Virus record (IMG/VR): IMGVR_UViG_2576861453_000002
Reading direction: 5' to 3' (one strand)
DNA length: 64,000 nucleotides
Source of the DNA: a virus
Taxonomy: Duplodnaviria; Caudoviricetes
Position numbers and translations under genes: made by a program. The notes below the pieces were generated by a model, which was not told the origin of the DNA, did no database searches, and saw only the letters and a list, made by a program, of their open reading frames with translations. Below, piece by piece: positions 1 to 11,285 of the stretch (position 1 is its first letter; every line of letters begins with the position of its first letter).

Positions 1-468
1 TCATAGTAATCCCTGATAGGTCGCAAACACTCCCGTGCGCATCACTTCCGCGTGCCGTTTAGCACGGCTAGGCGTTTGCCGCGCCCATGCACTGTTTAAC
101 ATTCCCGCCGCAGCACCGGTGAAATTACCTGCGGCGATAAGTGCCAATGTATTGGTGAATTTGGCCAGCCCATTGACGCCCATTTGATAAGCCATACTGA
201 TGAGAATATCCTGCCGGGGCCCATTGCAGGCCTTCATGGCCGCCGCGATGTCAGGCGTTGCCTGCATTTCGTCAACTTTTCGCTTCACCAGGTTTTGCAA
301 CCATACATCCGATACGTCCTTAGGTACGGTAAATGTATAATGCGAGAGCGGGGTCCCCTTGGGACCCAACAAAATACCTGTACCTGCCGTTGGGTAACCG
401 AGACTATCGTAATAAGGCATCTCCCTATACCCCTCTTCATAATTTAGCAATGGTATTATCTGACTCAC
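1..468 (-). CDS. Phage lysozyme-type endolysin, orphan paralog of 49800..50267
   Basis: GTG start at 468 after GGAGG gives 155 aa, the same length as and clearly homologous to 49800..50267 (SQIIPLL.EEG...YYDSLGYPT.GTG...MLNSAWARQTP.RAKRHAEVMRTG). Confidence 0.9.
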   Translation of the reverse strand: MSQIIPLLNYEEGYREMPYYDSLGYPTAGTGILLGPKGTPLSHYTFTVPKDVSDVWLQNLVKRKVDEMQATPDIAAAMKACNGPRQDILISMAYQMGVNGLAKFTNTLALIAAGNFTGAAAGMLNSAWARQTPSRAKRHAEVMRTGVFATYQGLL

Positions 469-1552
469 ATTTCCCTCCTGCATCATTGAATCAAACATTA
501 AGATGGTTTTGTTCACTGTATTACGGCTTACTTAGTGATGTAATTTTTTACCTTATCATTCATGCAACCGCCTATAACACGGCGTTGTGCTCGCTCTGGG
601 TAAACAGAAAAATACACCATCGGGTGATCGCTTTTGTCAATGACGCAGGAAATACGGTGAATTCTGGGCATTGATTCTTTTAAATATCGACCAGCGTTAC
701 TAACTTCACAATAGATAAAACATTAGTCGTTCAATCCACGTTTGTTAATTCATCTCTTTTTATAACCTTCAAATACGACATCATTAGATTTCATCTCAAG
801 CATAATAATTCACTACACGCGAATTTGGCTCTCGTTGGCGGAAAGAATGTCTTTAATCATTGTAGCCTCAACATGCAGGCCTTGAAAATATCGTCAGCAC
901 GGTGTGTCCATGTTGATAGCCGGCAAGCAGCTTCCGCCTGCAATCACATTGCACATGTATTTCATCTGCAATTTCTGCATAAAAAAAGTATATCGGCTTA
1001 CCAGATAGGCTATTTTTGCAAGTTTTAGCTGGCTGAACTGATTTAGCCTGACATCTAACGCGAACAGCATTGTGCCACGTTGCTTTTGAGAAGCGATAAG
1101 GATAAACACGATAAACCTTGTTTGAGGATGCGTTGTATGGGAAAAATGACGGCCATTGCATATCAGTTCTTTGACATACCTCCATTGGGAAATGAGTTAA
1201 AATCACGACTCACGTTGGTTTAACGACAATCATGATAACGGAAAAATCGATGTTCATTAATGAACATCTTTCTTGTCGAGGGGATTTTCAACAGTAGCGC
1301 CATGACTGATAAAACCATTATTTATGACGATGTTCGCCATGTTACATGACCGTAACTCAGCGCCACCCGACCTGCGACCAGTACCGACTTTTAGCCATAC
1401 TTTTAATGGCACCCAGAAACGGGATACCTACACGAGGTGAAGGATATTGCTATGATCAGCAAGGCTTCAATGCCGCTCGCACGCTCAGCACACAGACGAC
1501 TGCGGTCAATAAATAGCATTTATTCGCCTCAGACTTGCAATTTCACTGGGAG

Positions 1553-1813
1553 ATGAAAAGTATGCCTTCTGAACTCGCTAGGCTAGAACGCTCTATACAA
1601 ACGGCACTGTTAGATTTCGCCGTGGAGGAGATCCAGTCAAGCGGTTCGCTTACGACTAAAGCTCTCGCCAGCGTCTTGATGGCGATACGACAAACGCATC
1701 TCACCTTCAGTGATGGTTCAACTGCGACAATGGTATATCATCACCGCTCTATTGTTTATAGAGATGCAAAAAATAACATGCTGGCAATCGAATGTTTTTA
1801 CCCTGAAGAATAA
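1553..1813 (+). CDS. Hypothetical protein, paralog of 9233..9652
   Basis: Ungapped alignment to the 9233 ORF has 16/48 identities; start uncertain (1553 or 1562). Confidence 0.6.
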   Translation: MKSMPSELARLERSIQTALLDFAVEEIQSSGSLTTKALASVLMAIRQTHLTFSDGSTATMVYHHRSIVYRDAKNNMLAIECFYPEE

Positions 1814-2311
1814 CTGAGTAAAACCGGCGGGTGGAGCTAGCAGTATCATTGTCATTTGATAAATATTTTGACTTGCGCCAGGCAATGGCACCGAATCCCT
1901 TATTATAGACTTTGTCATGTTCTCCACGAAAGAGGGCTAACAATAAGCGAATGATACTAATTTGATGCTGCATTCCTGCTACGACCTACCTCTTTTCACC
2001 CTGGCGCTTATTCTCTGAAACTGTTCCGACGCGAGAAGATTAAAGATACATTTTATGGCATTCGCGGATGCCGTAAAATCAGAGCGCAGACAAATCGTCG
2101 ACGGCACCTCATTTAAGCGAAAAGGCCTATCTGGGAATGCAGGATAAAACTGGCGAACAAAGTTAAGCAACTCAATAGAGTATCGGCACAATGCCAAACC
2201 AATATATTATGTCGCTCACAAGCCGCTTAGGCAGAATTTGACTTCTGCTGATTACACCCTAAAATAGTTGTGTCCCGCACCGCCAGTCCATCAAGTTTTT
2301 TTGACTGTCTA

Positions 2312-2779
2312 TTAATGGTCTGAGTCATCACTCGTTTCGTTTGAGGACAGCAAAGGCAGATAGGCGTTTAGCTCTTCTACAAGCGAGTCAAATTCTTTCT
2401 TACGCGCTGACACCTCTTTGTCGTTGTCTAGAATGTCTTTGATTAAAACCACGCAACAGACTTTCCCTAGATCATCGGTTGAGTTGAAAGCCATGGATAA
2501 AATATCGAGTAATTGATGATTGCTAATATAGTCTTTGGGCAGCGGCTCAATACCTTGAGCGTTTGCATGAATTTCTTTTTGCAAATAGAGTGAAAACACA
2601 CCGAGGGGTTGGTAAAATTCAGTATGGATTCCGATATCTCGCCCAGCATTATCAAGTGCATTTTTCATATCTTCAAAATCGGGAAGAAAAACATTTGAGA
2701 TAAGCACGGAACCTTTCAACTCTATGAAAACTATTCCATTTTCCATCTCAAGCGCTAGCTGCGTCAATCTCTTTTCCAC
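2312..2779 (-). CDS. Hypothetical protein (155 aa)
   Basis: Long ORF with protein-like composition; no family recognised. Confidence 0.55.
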   Translation of the reverse strand: MEKRLTQLALEMENGIVFIELKGSVLISNVFLPDFEDMKNALDNAGRDIGIHTEFYQPLGVFSLYLQKEIHANAQGIEPLPKDYISNHQLLDILSMAFNSTDDLGKVCCVVLIKDILDNDKEVSARKKEFDSLVEELNAYLPLLSSNETSDDSDH

Positions 2780-3537
2780 TGGGCTTGAGGCGAATCACGC
2801 CGCTAAACATTCGCTGTATTGGCGTCCCAGGCAATAAACGCTGTAGAGGAAGAACATGACGCGCATTTGACCTGCCTTGCCCGTTAATGGCGATTGGACG
2901 CACGTTATCGTATGCTTAGCGGTTGTGCGCTGCTAGCAATAGCGTCGAGGAATAAAGGATTGACTATTCGTGAGGCGCAATATCAATAAACCAGCCCACT
3001 AGGCAAAGAGAAAAATGATTCATGAAAATGCCCCAAAGCTGCATCCTCAAAACCAGGCAGGGGGAAGTTTGTCAGTGCATGATATTCATTGCTACGCTCG
3101 GTTGAGTTCAATCTAGCGGCTGACGGCTTAGACGTTTTTAAGTTTATATTCAAACGGTAACACACCGCATACTGTCACGCTGGCAGTTTGTTTATTGCAA
3201 GAAGTGGCAACGCCTTACAGCAACCTGCAAACCGCTGCATGTCATATTGTTGTGACGCCCTACGTCCCCGAGATGTTATCGACCTTTCCTTGCCCCGCCG
3301 CCAACTCGCAATACGCTTTAAAGCAATTCTAGCCCAGCATGCAAATCGACTCTTCGCCGCCGTCACCTGGCTATGCCCATGCCTTCAAATCCTCCCACAA
3401 AAATCATTATCACGATAATTTAACACCAACATCTTACATCAGCGGAGGGATATACTCTTTACTATAGGGATTAATCATGTGATATTCATAGTTGCGTCAA
3501 TATTCAAACTAACGGAGAAGTCAAAGGAGATGACCCT

Positions 3538-4251
3538 ATGGACGATAAAACCCCGCATTCACAAACATGTCTGACTGTGGAATCCTTGAATAACATCCCG
3601 CTATTATCTTTCCTTGAAAACTCACCACTGCCATTTGGAATTAAAGATACAGAATCAAAGTTCGTTTATATGAATAGTGCTTCAAAAGATTTTTTCAATG
3701 TCCCAAATGATTTTGATGTAGAAGGCAGGTTAGACAGGGAATTCCCTTGCCCCTGGTCTGAATTAGAGCCTGAATTACAAACACATGATAGGAAGGCAGA
3801 AAAAAATAGAGGAATGACGGAGGTTATCCAAACATCCTATTACGGTAGACAGTCCATTTTAGCACCGTGCTTATGCTCCAAGTCACCACTATTAAATAGT
3901 GAAGGCGTGGCTATGGGTATACTTTACACTGCCAAAATGTTCAACTTCCTTTCAATTTTTGATTTTTTTTCAAGTTTAAAGCCTTCGGTGCTAACGCTTA
4001 ACCCGCCCGTTAATACTTTCACCGACAGGGAGCTTGAAATCATATTCTACGCCATGCAGCGCATGCCCGCGAAGGAGATTGCGCCAAGATTACATATTTC
4101 TCATAGAACCGTGGAGAACCGATTGCTAAGGATTTACAATAAGATAGGAGTCAGTTCAGTAAATGAGCTTATTGAATATTGCCATAACGTCGGATTGAAT
4201 AATTACATACCTAAAAAACTCCTCAGAGAAGGCGTGGACTTTTGCTGGTAA
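3538..4251 (+). CDS. PAS-LuxR (VqmA-like) transcriptional regulator, copy 1
   Basis: N-terminal PAS (FGIKD..SKFVYMN, GRLD.EFP, HDRK) and C-terminal LuxR HTH (FTDRELEI..KEIA..ISHRTVE). Confidence 0.92.
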   Translation: MDDKTPHSQTCLTVESLNNIPLLSFLENSPLPFGIKDTESKFVYMNSASKDFFNVPNDFDVEGRLDREFPCPWSELEPELQTHDRKAEKNRGMTEVIQTSYYGRQSILAPCLCSKSPLLNSEGVAMGILYTAKMFNFLSIFDFFSSLKPSVLTLNPPVNTFTDRELEIIFYAMQRMPAKEIAPRLHISHRTVENRLLRIYNKIGVSSVNELIEYCHNVGLNNYIPKKLLREGVDFCW

Positions 4252-4277
4252 TGTGCTTAAGTGATTACGATGCTATA

Positions 4278-4300
4278 AGCCCGCATTTATAATGCGGGCT
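4278..4300. terminator. Hairpin terminator after PAS-LuxR copy 1
   Basis: AGCCCGCATT-TAT-AATGCGGGCT. Confidence 0.7.
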
Positions 4301-5446
4301 CTAGTCTTTCATTTAATCAACACGTCGTCGCAGCAGTCTATTAACGTTATCTCGAATAGCTCTTCATAACAAAAACATGCGCCTATTTCCTTAATAAAAA
4401 TCAATGCTGTTTAATATTACATTACTAGCAACAACTCGGAAACAGAAACACGAAAATCCCTGACTAGGTCAATAAAAATGTTGTGTGAGCCAGGCATGTC
4501 GTCTTACCTAGCTGGTATCACTTATTTAGGCAATGGTTTAGGTTTAGTGAGAAACGACTTCGCTGCTTTTCTTAGGTATAAACCTGGTCCTTACACTACT
4601 GAGTGTAACAATTATTGCCAACCCGGACCGTCCTTTTCATGAGATCCAATAAAATTTAGTCGGAGCGGCGAGGCCAAAAATAGGCCGTTATAATTCCTTC
4701 TCGTATTCTTACTAACTTAGAACCGTTCTGAATACCAAAAGGAACCTTTGTGGATATCTTTTCAACCCACCTTGATGCTTAGAGCATGACAACACTAATT
4801 TTAAGTTAACTAATCGATATAGTAACGCCTGATTTTTATATCTGGTGTTTTATTGACGACTTTATCATAATAAGGAAATTTTTTATTCAGATGACAAGCG
4901 TCTAATCTGTTATTTTTAAGAGATTTTTATACGAAAGATTTCCCGAGAGAGATCTAACACAGTTGCTATCCTCACTCCTCGTAAGGTCATAAATCCATCC
5001 TAGGCGATAGGCCAAAAGATCCATTTTCGGCCCTGTCCCAAAATACGACCAGAAAATAATTGATCAAGTCAACTCTGGCGTCAGCGATTGCTTACAAATG
5101 GTTCCCTCTTTGTATTCATCCCACCGCCCCCCTGCTTAATGGCACCGTTCATTTTTTAACCCATTGTTATTTATCCCCTTACCCCGCCTGCTGAGTATCC
5201 TTTTTTTGCCGTCATGGTTTTTCACCTGCGCTTTTGCGTATGACGGCGCGACACAAGGTGACTCATTATTCTTCCGCCTATCGCCCATACCGCCTAGCTC
5301 TCGGCGTAACCTTTTTAGGGTAAACACTTATATCTTCTGCTTGTAAAAATGTTAATTTTAAAAAATGCGATGCGTTACTCTTTTTTTGCCTGAAAATTTA
5401 TGTAATTTTTATTGATGATACCGGAAGCTATTGCCAGGAGGCGATT

Positions 5447-6145
5447 ATGGAAGGCGGCGTATTATTTACAAATGAATCTCTTACGCACATACCCCTAATT
5501 TCATTTCTTGAGAGCTCATCTATACCATGGTTGGTCAAAAGTACAGATTCCCGCTTTGTGTATATGAATAAAGCATCGGAAGATTTTCATAATATCCCCC
5601 TCGCTTATGACTACGAGGGACGATTAGACGAGGAGTTCCCATGTCCTTGGTCAGAGTTTGCGCCTGAATTCAAGGCGCATGATAGGAAAGCCGAAAGCAC
5701 AGCGTCGGGGGCTGAAATTATCGTCACATCCTATTACGGCCGGAGCTCTATCCTAGAACCGTATTACTGCCATAAATTCCCAATACATAACGGTGAGGGC
5801 CAGGTTTTAGGAAATCTATCCTATTCTAAAAAGTTCAGTTTCGTCTCCATTGGGGATTTTTTCAAAAACTTCAAACCTTCCGTCATCAATTTAACGCCCC
5901 CAACGGACGTTTTTACTGATAAAGAATTAGAAATAATATTTTACGCAATACAGAAACTGCCTTCCAAAGAGATAGCACAAAGGCTTACCCTATCTTATAG
6001 GACAGTTGAAAATAGACTGCTCAAGATATACGAAAAAATAGGAATTAACTCACAAAAGGGGTTGATTGACTATTGCCATGCTGAGGGATTGGATAATTAT
6101 GTCCCTAAAAGACTTCTTAAAAAAGGCGTTAACTTTTGCTGGTAA
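5447..6145 (+). CDS. PAS-LuxR regulator, copy 2
   Basis: Same architecture, AGGAGG RBS, ends NYVPKRLLKKGVNFCW. Confidence 0.92.
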   Translation: MEGGVLFTNESLTHIPLISFLESSSIPWLVKSTDSRFVYMNKASEDFHNIPLAYDYEGRLDEEFPCPWSEFAPEFKAHDRKAESTASGAEIIVTSYYGRSSILEPYYCHKFPIHNGEGQVLGNLSYSKKFSFVSIGDFFKNFKPSVINLTPPTDVFTDKELEIIFYAIQKLPSKEIAQRLTLSYRTVENRLLKIYEKIGINSQKGLIDYCHAEGLDNYVPKRLLKKGVNFCW

Positions 6146-6651
6146 TTTTTGAGATCGCATGCACTGCAACCCATTCCATCAGAATGGGATTATAATTCAA
6201 AAAAAGGGGGTTTTTCAAATATCCCGGAGCACACTGTCATGGACACGTATATTCCCTGCTAAACCCCACGACCTCGCTGTGTAGCAAAACGCGTTGGATC
6301 CCGTTCTTTTTGCGATACTTCTCCGAGCGGATAATTCGCCCCCTTACATCGGTAAAGGTGCTCACCGTGGCCGCCACTCTGACCCACCGTGGGAATCTGC
6401 GAGTTCATTAAAACCAGCGAGACGCGGCGATAGGGCGTGGCGTCGAATGAAACAGCGTGTCAGGTGCGCCGCAATCGCGATGCGAAAAGCCGTTATGTGG
6501 AGTATTCATCCCTATTGAGGCATAGCATCGTCTTCACGGCACGCCTATCCCGGCTGTGAGCAAATAAAGTGCTTAGCGTTGTCGACTCAAAAACCCCAAA
6601 ATGAAAACAATGACCAAATGGAGGCTGACGTGATTTTTAGTTAACAAACGA

Positions 6652-6693
6652 TACGCCCTACTGGACTCGCTACAGTAACATAAGGCTTAGAAG
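6652..6693 (-). repeat. Degenerate tRNA-Arg(UCU) 3'-half att scar
   Basis: 35/42 identical to 11289..11330; flanking homology continues over 6652..7018 vs 11289..11656. Confidence 0.8.
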
Positions 6694-7091
6694 TTCCTAG
6701 ATCTTCCCTTAACACTTCAACTTACCGCATCCTGCCGCATATACATCCCATGATGCAGAAAGATGCAATAACTTACAGTTGCTTGCAGACTGTTGGGTGT
6801 CCTCAGCATTGGCCAACCTCCTGATCAAGCGATTCATCACATTTTTAGACTCGACTTCAAATCCAACCTTCTGAAGAACCATAGTCTTTAGCCCGAAAGC
6901 TAGCACGATATCACCCATCCCCTTTCAATCGATATAGCATCAAGAATGATAGTCCTAATTTTTAGCTTGATAACCTGATATCAATATCTTGCATTATTGG
7001 GGGAATGTACTCTTTACTTAAGTTGATGAACATGGGATTTTTTACTCTCAGGTTTCTAACGTATGATTAAAATCTCATAGGAGAATGTATC

Positions 7092-7808
7092 ATGGCGAAG
7101 GACAGCTCCCCAGACCCGAATAGATCTTTAACCATCGACACTCTTGATAAACTTTCAATTAAAACAATGCTGGATCACGCATCTATACCTTGGGCTATTA
7201 AAGATACAGAATCCCGTTACATCTATATGAACAAACGCTGCATGGATTTCTTAAATGTTCCTAAAGATTTCGATTATGAAGGAAAAAAAGATTCCGAATT
7301 TCCCTGCGAATGGGCTGCAATGGAATCAGAATACACGGCCCAAGATCGTAAAGCAGAACTAAGTCAAGATGGAGCTGAAATTATTTCAATTTCACATTAC
7401 TGGCGCGAACGAATCTTTGAACCCTATTACTCACCTAAATTTGCCGTAAGAAATAAAGACAATGAAATCCTAGGGACAGTATATTATGCTAAAAAATTTA
7501 ATTACGTATCAATTGGCGACTTTTTCAATGATTTGAAACCCTCCGTTATATCACTGACTCCGCCGACAGATCTGTTTACTGAGAGAGAGCTTGAAATTAT
7601 TTTTTACGCCATTCAAAGAGTTTCTGCAAAAGAAATAGCACCTAAATTATTTATTTCTCATAGAACGGTAGAAAATAGATTACTGCGAATTTATGAAAAG
7701 AGCGATACTAACTCAATTAATGGTCTGATAGAATACTGTCATAATGTCGGATTGAATAATTACGTACCTAAAAAACTCCTCAGAGAAGGCGTAAATTTTT
7801 GCTGGTAA
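7092..7808 (+). CDS. PAS-LuxR regulator, copy 3
   Basis: PAS plus LuxR HTH, ends NNYVPKKLLREGVNFCW. Confidence 0.92.
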   Translation: MAKDSSPDPNRSLTIDTLDKLSIKTMLDHASIPWAIKDTESRYIYMNKRCMDFLNVPKDFDYEGKKDSEFPCEWAAMESEYTAQDRKAELSQDGAEIISISHYWRERIFEPYYSPKFAVRNKDNEILGTVYYAKKFNYVSIGDFFNDLKPSVISLTPPTDLFTERELEIIFYAIQRVSAKEIAPKLFISHRTVENRLLRIYEKSDTNSINGLIEYCHNVGLNNYVPKKLLREGVNFCW

Positions 7809-7864
7809 TGACTATGGGCAACTTGATGCACTGCTAGCCCGCCAACTTGGAGCGGGCTACCTAC

Positions 7865-8240
7865 TCAAATGCACGGATCCTCATCAAATCTCTTTATTCT
7901 CACGCCGTTAATAATGCGTGATCACGCCAAAAATCGCTGCATCACCTCCCCGCTGTTCGTTTTCTAATAACTCCGCATCTATCAAATCATTTAGCCTGTC
8001 CACATGTTGAGGCGCTGGCCGCTCCCGCAGCAGCAGCCGGCGCATCGCATAGCGTCCATTCACCACGGCTTTGTCTATGTGCTGCGGATCAACATTGCAG
8101 AACAATCAACAACCAACAACGCCCTTCCCTAATGCCAGCATTAACCGCGCTGCTGCCGGGGCGTATGTAATTCGTTGCTGCGCTAGCGCTGATTAACGCG
8201 CTCAAAACAACCCCTGCTCCATCATTTCACGTATAACCCT
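7865..8240 (-). pseudogene. Degraded HumD/UmuD'-like gene
   Basis: Homologous to 16416..16793 (NGRYAMRRLLLRERP..AAIFGVIT..) with frameshifts; decayed SOS box CTGTACATACGTAGGT at 8254..8269. Confidence 0.85.
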
Positions 8241-8669
8241 TCGCCCCAAAATACTGTACATACGTAGGTATAAATCAGCTAAATGGGAACGTGATTAGCT
8301 TAACAAACAAGCGCTCTGCCGTAATGATGTAACGTATTGAATGCTAACGAGAACATGTTTTACATAAACATAATTGTCTATTTCCCACACAAACCACATG
8401 GTATATTTAGGACACAATAAAAAATATCTCCTCACGTTTTCGTTACACTGTCGGACACAGCAATCATGGCCCTCATTCATCACGAAGAAGATTAGCCTTC
8501 AGATCAAAGGATTGGCATAACAAAAATTCTTGGTATGCTGCCAGTGCGGATCGCCATTATGGCAATGATTCTCATACCACTTTGTTTGTGGGGTGGTATG
8601 AATTAGCCATATAAAGATGCGCTGTAGCACCACTCAACTAACTGAACCGGCTAACGTTAGTAAACTCGC

Positions 8670-8772
8670 TCCCTACACCATCCCTGCCGCCAAGAAAAAT
8701 GATGACTATCGCCATCTATCCCGCACCGGCGGCGGCAATGGGCTTATTTCGCAATGCAAGTGATAGCGCCAT
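8670..8772 (-). pseudogene. N-terminal fragment of a SAR endolysin (phage 21 R-like)
   Basis: MALSLALRNKPIAAAGAG*MAIVIIFLGGRDGVG, directly downstream of the holin pseudogene. Confidence 0.7.
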
Positions 8773-8807
8773 TGTCATCGTTCCGGATGGGTATTGGGAA
8801 TAATGGG

Positions 8808-9023
8808 TTAATCACGCCTCACTAATGCTTTTCGTAATGCCCTGCTGTCGCGCCACTTAAAAAAGGTATCAATAGCCAGCGTTTATCCAGCACCTACACT
8901 GCCGGCAATAATGCCTATGGCGTTCCATTCATCGGGACTGAATTTCGTCAACACGCCGTTAGCCACGGTTTCAGCTGAAGCGCCGCACGCGGCCGCTGTC
9001 ATTAGTCTGCTCATATTTTGCAT
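8808..9023 (-). pseudogene. Class II (phage 21 S-like) holin with internal stop
   Basis: 71 codons with a dual start MQNM; SPDEWNAIGIIAG...(TAA at 8883)...DTFFKWRDSR. Confidence 0.75.
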
Positions 9024-9232
9024 GGTCCACCTCCCGTGTTCGCGGTTGGTGCTATGTGTGGGTGAGAACAAGCAGAAACCGACCCTGAAGCAGGCAGGGT
9101 AACATCGGCGTACTGAAACTCAAAATTTGAATATTTAATCTTTGAAATAAATGCATACTTAAATGAGCGATTTTTTAAATTATCGCTCACAGAAATCATT
9201 TAAGTTTATTTTTTTCTTCGGAGGTGATAAAA

Positions 9233-9652
9233 ATGCCACGTTGGGTTTTGGGGGTGTCCCTTTCCGAAAGGGAATATTTATGCAACACAGCGGCTAACGA
9301 TATCATGGACTCTGGTAGCGTTACCACAGATTCTTTAGTCAAAATCATGAAAGCCATGGCAAAAACGGAAATTATTCTTGATGATGGTTCTTCAGTAAAA
9401 ATCATTCCTAAATGTAGAAAGGTAACATATAGACTTGTGTCAGGATTAACCCAAGTAGAAAGTTATAAACCGCTTTACCTAAAAAAAATGTTAAAACGCC
9501 TTAACGGTCATCCAGCGTTGCATACGACTGTTCCGCTGCCTTCCTTCTCAAAATTACCGCAGCCTAAGATATCAGTGCAGCAAAACAATAATGCCACCAT
9601 TAGCCAGCACACTGAGGGAAAATCGCCGGAACCTAGTAGCAGTGGATGTTGA
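9233..9652 (+). CDS. Hypothetical moron protein, paralog of 1553..1813
   Basis: GGAGGTG RBS; lies between pR' and holin of the remnant, on the opposite strand. Confidence 0.7.
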   Translation: MPRWVLGVSLSEREYLCNTAANDIMDSGSVTTDSLVKIMKAMAKTEIILDDGSSVKIIPKCRKVTYRLVSGLTQVESYKPLYLKKMLKRLNGHPALHTTVPLPSFSKLPQPKISVQQNNNATISQHTEGKSPEPSSSGC

Positions 9653-9900
9653 CAGCACGGCATCCAGGCCGTGGCTTATATGTGCAGGTCTTAATGCCAA
9701 TCATGCGGGAGTGTAGCGTCCGGTGCTGGACTAAACCCGGCATTGATGATTTCTCGCCGGGTTATCCTGACAGAACCCTATGGCGAACCAAAGCCGGTCA
9801 TACACGACAGACATTATTTTGACGTCTCAGCGCATCAGCCTGCACATTCACCACAGGAAAGAGCACTGGTATTAGACCCTTTCACAATGCTGGTACCTGT

Positions 9901-10003
9901 GTAATAAAGAAGCCCCGACAAATTGCCGAGGCTTGATTGTCCCGTGAGGTTTCTGACGTAATCTTCATTTTTATTAAAATATATCAATTTTTACGATCGT
10001 AAA
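9901..10003 (-). promoter_or_regulatory. Late promoter pR'/qut and tR' remnant
   Basis: Homologous to 51803..51900, including palindrome TTTACGATCGTAAA (9990..10003) and the downstream hairpin. Confidence 0.7.
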
Positions 10004-10258
10004 GAGATTTTATGCAGCGACCTCATTCACCCCAGAACTTTGACAGTTTTGCCAGCCCTTATACGTTAACCAAAGCCAAATAGGCTTTGGGGTGATGTGA
10101 ATGTGCAAGCTGATGTGCCGAGAACGGGAATGTAGGCTCCCTTTTAGCGACTTTGTCGGGGTCACGTGCCTGCCAAATAACAGAGAAATTTGCTTTAAAG
10201 GAGGCGCTGGAGATCAGCGCGGTCACCATACCAGCAAAGCTAATTGTAGGTGGTAAGC

Positions 10259-10549
10259 ATGGTTCAGGTCATCGTGAAGAGGCATAAGGAAAATTCAAAA
10301 TCACGCAGGATGCGGGAACGTGGTGAGCATTATGCAATGACAAAAGCAAAGTACGATGTGGACCGGCTAATAGCAAGAAAGATTGACGCGGCATTGACGA
10401 AATTGAGCACAGGATGTAGCGCGAAGGTAGCGGCAGCAACCGCCCTCCCTCACTCCGTTACAAACCGAACAGCTCGGCGTGTTGCCTCCCGGCGGTATCC
10501 ATTTACTGTGCAGGTCATCGGAGCGTTCGTAAAGAAGCGACGCATATAA
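10259..10549 (+). CDS. N-family antiterminator-like protein of remnant A
   Basis: Arg-rich N-terminus ENSKSRRMRERG and LIARKI..LS.GC resembling phage 21 N; preceded by a structured leader. Confidence 0.55.
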   Translation: MVQVIVKRHKENSKSRRMRERGEHYAMTKAKYDVDRLIARKIDAALTKLSTGCSAKVAAATALPHSVTNRTARRVASRRYPFTVQVIGAFVKKRRI

Positions 10550-11285
10550 CCAGGTGAATGAGAGTAAGGCCGGAGAAAAAGAAAACCTGACCATTAGCCG
10601 CTGGCGACATGATAAAGCATCCGTGAAACGGGAAGTTCTACCCCTTCAAGTCTTTGGAAAAGTCCGGCGCTGGATACTTCGTGACACCTTCGCCAGACAG
10701 TATTGATGGGAATGGCTATTACGCGGAATATGCAAACCATCACGAACGACAATAATCATAATTACGCCCGGTCGCCGGGCGATTGCAAATGACTTCTGCC
10801 GTATCATGGATGAGTATAAAGATATAATAGATATTTCATCTAATTGATTTTTATACATTAAATCCAAAGCGGCAGATAGAGATAGGTTGACGCAAAAAGC
10901 GCTCGCATATTGAAATACGAGCACTGACAATCCCATATTTAATCTAAATTAATGGGCCCAAAGCGGACAACTTATCAGTTAAAACTTACTCATGGGTTGG
11001 TTGAAATACGAACTTTAATAAAACCAGGTCTAAAAGCAGGCGAAGAAGAGGTTACCTATCCCTGCCGACCAACGCGCCATGCTCAGCTGGATATTACCGT
11101 GAGGTGTTGACAACGATAACCGCTTACACGGCAGCGCTGCGTTCTGAGGGGCCAGCGCCGGAAGATTGGCAAGAACTGGCGGAATGCGTCTACGATGATT
11201 GGGTTAAGCGAACAAAGCGATAGACCGTTACTTGACCTTATCGGGCAACAGGAACAGTTGAAATCACGTAACCCACTGTTTTTAC

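Larger units (their letters stand above)
6652..11285. mobile_element. Collapsed prophage remnant A
   Basis: Order: att scar, PAS-LuxR, humD pseudogene, tail-gene tip fused to endolysin fragment, holin pseudogene, moron, pR' region, antirepressor tip, N-like gene. Same order and orientation as the intact prophage. Confidence 0.8.

Noticed and set aside
700-1500. Short ORFs 825..1206, and similarly 4300..5350 and 10600..11000
   Set aside because: No motifs or clear RBS; probably decayed DNA.
6709-6918. 69-aa ORF in the att arm (and 11390..11575 in the other copy)
   Set aside because: The frame is interrupted in the homologous copy; treated as non-coding.
9660-9830. Phage tRNA genes downstream of pR'
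   Set aside because: No cloverleaf or T-loop consensus could be built.
11074-11093. GCGCCATGCTCAGCTGGATA resembling a tRNA-Arg 5' end
   Set aside because: Opposite strand to the 3' half, short and gapped; likely chance.
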